Source: Candidatus Bathyarchaeia archaeon | GTDB lineage: Archaea > Thermoproteota > Bathyarchaeia > Bathyarchaeales > Bathycorpusculaceae | Reading direction: 5' to 3' | Length of the DNA stretch: 64,000 nt | NCBI GenBank assembly: GCA_049521795.1 | Contig: JBEKOM010000004.1 | Span: 81,261 to 145,260, forward strand | Shown here: one piece after another, positions 60,194-64,000 of the stretch | Position numbering within the stretch: position 1 is the first letter of the stretch | Layout of the letters: each line of letters begins with the position of its first letter | The notes under the pieces: generated by a model | What the model saw: the letters and a program-made list of their open reading frames with translations, nothing else | Databases searched by the model: none | Told to the model about the DNA's origin: nothing | Position numbers and translations under genes: made by a program

Positions 60194-61009
60194 ATGGTGA
60201 ACAAAACGGAAGCACTCTACAATGCTCTTCTCCCCATGAAAATTGCAGGCTTTGACGACATCATGCAGGCAGCGTCAACCGTAATCGAAGGCCCTGCAAA
60301 CCGCAAATACGTCTATCGCAAATACGTTAAAAGATTGATTGAAGCTCACAAGCTCCTGGCAATCCGGAAGGGTCTGTATGCCGTTCTATCTCCGCTGGAA
60401 AAAGCAGAAAAGTACGAACCAGATAAACTTCTAATCGCCTCCAAAATCAGAAAAGAATACTATTTGGGCTTCCACACCGCCTTGGAATACTACGGCTGCG
60501 CCTACTCTGCTTTCAATGAAGCCTACGTATGCGTCAACTCGAAGAACAGGTTCGATCCTTTCAGGTACAAACGGTTCATCTTTAAACCGTTATTCGTCAA
60601 AGACACGACATCACAGGTAGTTGAGAAACGTTACGGAAGCAGCCTTCTGAGAGTCAGTAGCAAGGAAAGGACTTTCATCGAATGCATCGACAGAGTTCAA
60701 TATGCCGGAGGCTGGGAAGAATGCGTAAAAAGTCTAGAAAATCTTCGCGGACTCGACGTTGAAAAACTGATCAGCCTAACCCTTCAGCAAGGGAAGAGGA
60801 GTCTTCTCAGACCGATCGGCTTCATCGTGGATCTTCTGAGAAAGAGATCACCGTTCTATGAACACGTTACCGAATCTATGCTGAGCAAAATCGAGATTGA
60901 AACCAGAGGTCCACCACAATACTTGGTCCGTGGAAAGAAAGGCAGCCTAAACAGAAGATGGAACCTGTACATTCCAGAGGCTTTCGACGAACAACTGAGA
61001 GGCATCTGA
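60194..61009 (+). CDS. AbiEi-family type IV TA antitoxin
   Basis: IRKGLY, YLGFHTALEYYG, VS.KERT.I.C.DR..Y.GG.EE, RWNL.IP. Confidence 0.85.
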   Translation: MVNKTEALYNALLPMKIAGFDDIMQAASTVIEGPANRKYVYRKYVKRLIEAHKLLAIRKGLYAVLSPLEKAEKYEPDKLLIASKIRKEYYLGFHTALEYYGCAYSAFNEAYVCVNSKNRFDPFRYKRFIFKPLFVKDTTSQVVEKRYGSSLLRVSSKERTFIECIDRVQYAGGWEECVKSLENLRGLDVEKLISLTLQQGKRSLLRPIGFIVDLLRKRSPFYEHVTESMLSKIEIETRGPPQYLVRGKKGSLNRRWNLYIPEAFDEQLRGI

Positions 61010-61414
61010 GTGAAAAGGAAATACGATTTTGACGCGTTAGCGCTGCAATACGGGTTCAGCGCCAAAGAAATAGAAAAAGTGTGCCGAATCTCGGATCTGC
61101 TGGAGGACATCTCAGCTGTGAAATTCCTCTCAGACCGCCTATCACTTTACGGCGGAACAGCTCTCACATTCATTTACTCACCAGAAATTCTGCGATTGTC
61201 CATAGACCTTGACTTCAACTACCGACACACGGACAATGCAGACTGGGGGGAGGTCCGAGAGAAAATCGACGAACGGCTGAAAGATCTAATCTACCGACAA
61301 GAATACGACCAGGCGGACATCGCCATAAACGCAAGCTATCCGCTCACACGACTTACTGTCAGATACGTCAATGCTCATGGCTTTGCGGAACGTTCTCAGC
61401 ATAAAAACCGATGA
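61010..61414 (+). pseudogene. AbiEii nucleotidyltransferase toxin, C-terminally truncated
   Basis: IEKV, L.GGTAL...Y...RLS.DLDFNY; only 134 aa. Confidence 0.75.
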
Positions 61415-61614
61415 TAGCAGTTTTGGCACAGATATCGTCGCACTTATCCAAACAATGAGCGCGCGCAATAGGTTACGGCCAACACGCTAGCCCTTGCTGA
61501 AACTTGTCTAGAGGATATTTGTCTTTGTAGAATGCGAATTCAGAGCTTTAGAGTGTTTGTAGTAAGAGTTAAGTGTAACTTGTGTGTTATTTTGTTATGG
61601 ATAAGGGATACTTC

Positions 61615-61809
61615 ATGAGCGTAACGAAGACCCGAAGGGTTGGCGGTTCGCTGGTCGTGACAATACCCAAGAAACTCATCGATAGTAAGAAAATCAAGGA
61701 AGGAGAGTTGGTGGAGATAAGCGTAAAGAAGGTAAAGATGGATGGGTTCGGAGCATTTAGAATGTTGAAACCGTTCACGGCAGAAGATGAGTTGAACGCG
61801 CATGACTAG
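61615..61809 (+). CDS. AbrB/MazE-type antitoxin
   Basis: RRVGGSLVVTIPK..IKEG..V. Confidence 0.85.
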   Translation: MSVTKTRRVGGSLVVTIPKKLIDSKKIKEGELVEISVKKVKMDGFGAFRMLKPFTAEDELNAHD

Positions 61810-62209
61810 AGGATATGTTGTTGACGCGTATGCTTGGGTAGAGTATCTGATTGGAAGCGACGTCGGCGCGAGAGTCAAGGTTGTACTTGAGGATGAGAAT
61901 AACGGGATTTACACGAGTGCTGTGACGCTTGGAGAGGTGATAAGCAAGATTGCTCGTGAAGAGCAGGACGTGTGTACTGCGTATCGCATTTTGCTCAGTA
62001 ACTCAGATGTCATTGACGTAGATGAGGAGTTGTCGAAGCAAACAGGAATAATTCACGCTGAAATGCGAAAGAGCAAGAAAGATTTCGGACTGGCCGACGC
62101 ATTCGTTTTGGCCACGGCAAGAAAACTTGGAACAAGAATCCTGACAGGTGACCCACACTTCCAAGGCATCAAAGAAGCGACGCTAGTGATAAAAAAGTCT
62201 GTTAGTTAA
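61802..62209 (+). CDS. vapC: VapC PIN-domain toxin
   Basis: VVDAYAWVEY, TLGEV, LADAFVLATA, LTGDPHF. Confidence 0.9.
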   Translation: MTRGYVVDAYAWVEYLIGSDVGARVKVVLEDENNGIYTSAVTLGEVISKIAREEQDVCTAYRILLSNSDVIDVDEELSKQTGIIHAEMRKSKKDFGLADAFVLATARKLGTRILTGDPHFQGIKEATLVIKKSVS

Positions 62210-62422
62210 TCTTCCATGACTCCTCCTGCGACGGGAGAGCAGATATCTCATAGTATCTAGGCATATCTCCTCGGTTAATAGGCAGAGGCGAAATCTACTA
62301 GGTAAGACATTCGGAACGGATTTTCTATCAAGCAGAGCCCTGATTCAGGTATCGACTATGGGGTAAGCAAAGTCTTATACAATCTGGGTTAAGACTAACT
62401 GTCTCCGAGACTAGCGCGCGGG

Positions 62423-63172
62423 TTGTGCATGGTCAAATATGAGCATAGAGGCAAGACTTCGAAACCGTTTGTGACTTTTTGGGGATCACTTACGAGCAAG
62501 GAAGGAGGAAGGGAGAGGGCACGCTGTGTGCTGGAACTCGTAAATGAATATTGCAAGCATGCAAAGAAGATTCTGGAAATAGGGTGCGGAATTGGAGAGG
62601 TCTTGGTTAATCTTCCCGAGAGATATGCTGTCTATGGTTTGGACGTTGAAAGGGACTACGTTGAGGTTTGCAGAAGGAGAATGCCCAGGGGCAAGTTTTT
62701 TGTTTCTAGCATGCACAATTTTAAGATTGATGAGAAGTTTGATGTTATATTCTCTGCTAACGATGCTGTCAACTTTCTGAAAGACTTTAGCCACTGGAGA
62801 TCAACGTTCAAGGCGGTGAGTGAACATCTTAACAGAGATGGGCTGTTCATCTTTGACGTGTACACTCCGAAGATGCTTAGAGACACGCTTCACTGGTTGG
62901 AAAAGTATAACAGGTCCACTTCGTCAGTCAGGGAATTTGCTAAAGGATTTTACTATGACAGGGAGATAGTGAAGGGCAACACGCTGACTTGGGATTCCAG
63001 AATCTTTGAAAAACTTCCAGATGGACTTTATCAGCTTCACAAGTACAAGTTTAAAGAAACAATCTACCCAGTTGCAAAGATGAAATCCGCTCTGTCTGAG
63101 TATTTCGAGATCGTTGAAGCCAATTTGACAGAAGAAGGCAGAAAGATACTCTTTGTCTGCAGAAAACGTTGA
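62423..63172 (+). CDS. Class I SAM-dependent methyltransferase
   Basis: ILEIGCGIG, GLD, FDVI, HL..DGLFIFD. Confidence 0.88.
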   Translation: MCMVKYEHRGKTSKPFVTFWGSLTSKEGGRERARCVLELVNEYCKHAKKILEIGCGIGEVLVNLPERYAVYGLDVERDYVEVCRRRMPRGKFFVSSMHNFKIDEKFDVIFSANDAVNFLKDFSHWRSTFKAVSEHLNRDGLFIFDVYTPKMLRDTLHWLEKYNRSTSSVREFAKGFYYDREIVKGNTLTWDSRIFEKLPDGLYQLHKYKFKETIYPVAKMKSALSEYFEIVEANLTEEGRKILFVCRKR

Positions 63173-63686
63173 AAGCGCGCGCTCACCTTGAAGAACCTTT
63201 CCACTTGGCATGCCCGATGTTCAGCATGAGCAAGCAGCGCGCGCTACGTTGTTGCACCAAGATCAGCTATGAAGTTTTCTTTTGTGTCACTCGTGGTTTT
63301 GAACGTTGACAGGCGCTCTGCTTATAGAACTTAGTTCAGTACGTCAAATCGGCATGTGTTCAGACAGTGCAAGCGCATGCCGGTGAGGAACGTTTAAGGC
63401 TCGTGGACGTCACAACGTTCGGGTACCCGGTCGTTTTTTGACTCTTATCGCTTTTCGGCCGTCAACGTAATGAAAGGCGGGTTGGCTTTGGGAATTATAA
63501 TGAGGTGTGGAAGTCTTATCAGTGAGCCTCCCCCGTCGTTTTTTGGGCGCGCGCCTTCTGTGTAAGGGTGGCGCGGAGACCACGGCAATAGCGCGCCCTT
63601 GGGATAAAACTTTACCCTTTCTCTCTCTGCAAAAGCCTTAAAATTGATTTGCGCTATTTCGATATCCAAAAGTGGTGTTCGTTGCA

Positions 63687-64000
63687 ATGGTCTACAAGAT
63701 TGTTAACTTGGTTGACGGTCGTGAAGCTGCACTTGATTGGGCGAGGAAGAAAGACCTTCCAGAGATTCTGGAGGTGGTGAACGACGTAATCAGAGAGGGA
63801 ATATACGGATCTTTTGAGCCGTATACCTCGAAAGGTCAACTCGCGTGGTTTGAACAGACGGCTAAAACGGGAATATTGAAACAGGACTTTTTTCTGATTG
63901 CAAGAGTTGATGGCAAAGTTGTTGGAGGCGCCAACGTTGTACCTGACCCAGAGGGTCACGTATATGCGCACGTTGCCCATTACAACATATTCATCAGCAA
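63687..64000 (+). CDS. GNAT-like acetyltransferase, 3' truncated by window edge
   Basis: Open frame MVYKIVNLVDGRE..KDLPEILEVVN..FLIARVDGKVVG running off the end. Confidence 0.65.
   Translation, partial: MVYKIVNLVDGREAALDWARKKDLPEILEVVNDVIREGIYGSFEPYTSKGQLAWFEQTAKTGILKQDFFLIARVDGKVVGGANVVPDPEGHVYAHVAHYNIFIS

Larger units (their letters stand above)
27405..63596. repeat. Dispersed (GC)n palindromic junction motifs, about 44 copies
   Basis: Examples at 27405, 28212, 28708, 29238, 29802, 30241, 33585, 34234, 34997, 37713, 38666, 39018, 39473, 40051, 40131, 40277, 40315, 40636, 43471, 44351, 44381, 46897, 51643, 51667, 51728, 52202, 54397, 54538, 55305, 55415, 55850, 58950, 59016, 59525, 59848, 61459, 62414, 63175, 63237, 63547, 63591. 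Confidence 0.9.

Noticed and set aside
27405-63596. CRISPR array interpretation of the GC motifs or other repeats
   Set aside because: Motifs are only 6-9 bp with highly irregular spacing; there is no 24-47 bp repeat at constant period and no intact cas genes.
26480-64000. Classical integron with attC sites
   Set aside because: No consistent RYYYAAC...GTTRRRY after genes, gene orientations are mixed, and the integrase shows no obvious IntI-specific insertion.
26480-64000. Provirus or conjugative element
   Set aside because: No capsid, terminase, packaging ATPase, relaxase or VirB4-like genes were recognised.

Overview
Archaeal genomic window, most consistent with Bathyarchaeia (TACK). This is inferred from the gene set: archaeal-type aaRSs, DnaG, PolB3-like polymerase, pelota, two TBPs, Alba and PEF-type sorting tails. 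It has two parts. (1) About 1-26 kb is a dense housekeeping region: map, trpS, pheST, tyrS, toprim, dnaG, polB, AOR, pelota, tbp, tRNA thiolase, adenylate kinase and some surface proteins. (2) From a tyrosine integrase at 26480-27370 to the window end is a ~37 kb mosaic of short, mixed-orientation modules: TA systems, GNATs, ABC transporters, surface proteins, second TBP, Alba, OB-fold protein, microproteins and gene fragments. The main unexplained signal is that these modules are almost always separated by short alternating (GC)n palindromes (GCGCGC to GCGCGCGCG). By eye there are about 44 after the integrase, nearly all intergenic, versus about 5 in the first 27 kb. Several touch stop codons or sit exactly where genes are cut. 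The mosaic also holds three other repeat families: a 3-copy element of 13-bp-period repeats plus an imperfect hairpin, a 6-copy GGRTAA-N4-TTAYCC-like palindrome, and 30-38 bp direct repeats. Together these suggest a candidate integron-like gene-capture array with a minimal (GC)n crossover core. Also notable: an apparent non-AUG start with a leader hairpin for dnaG, degenerate proofreading motifs in PolB, and a Tyr-to-His change at the integrase catalytic position. All calls are from sequence inspection only; no searches were run.
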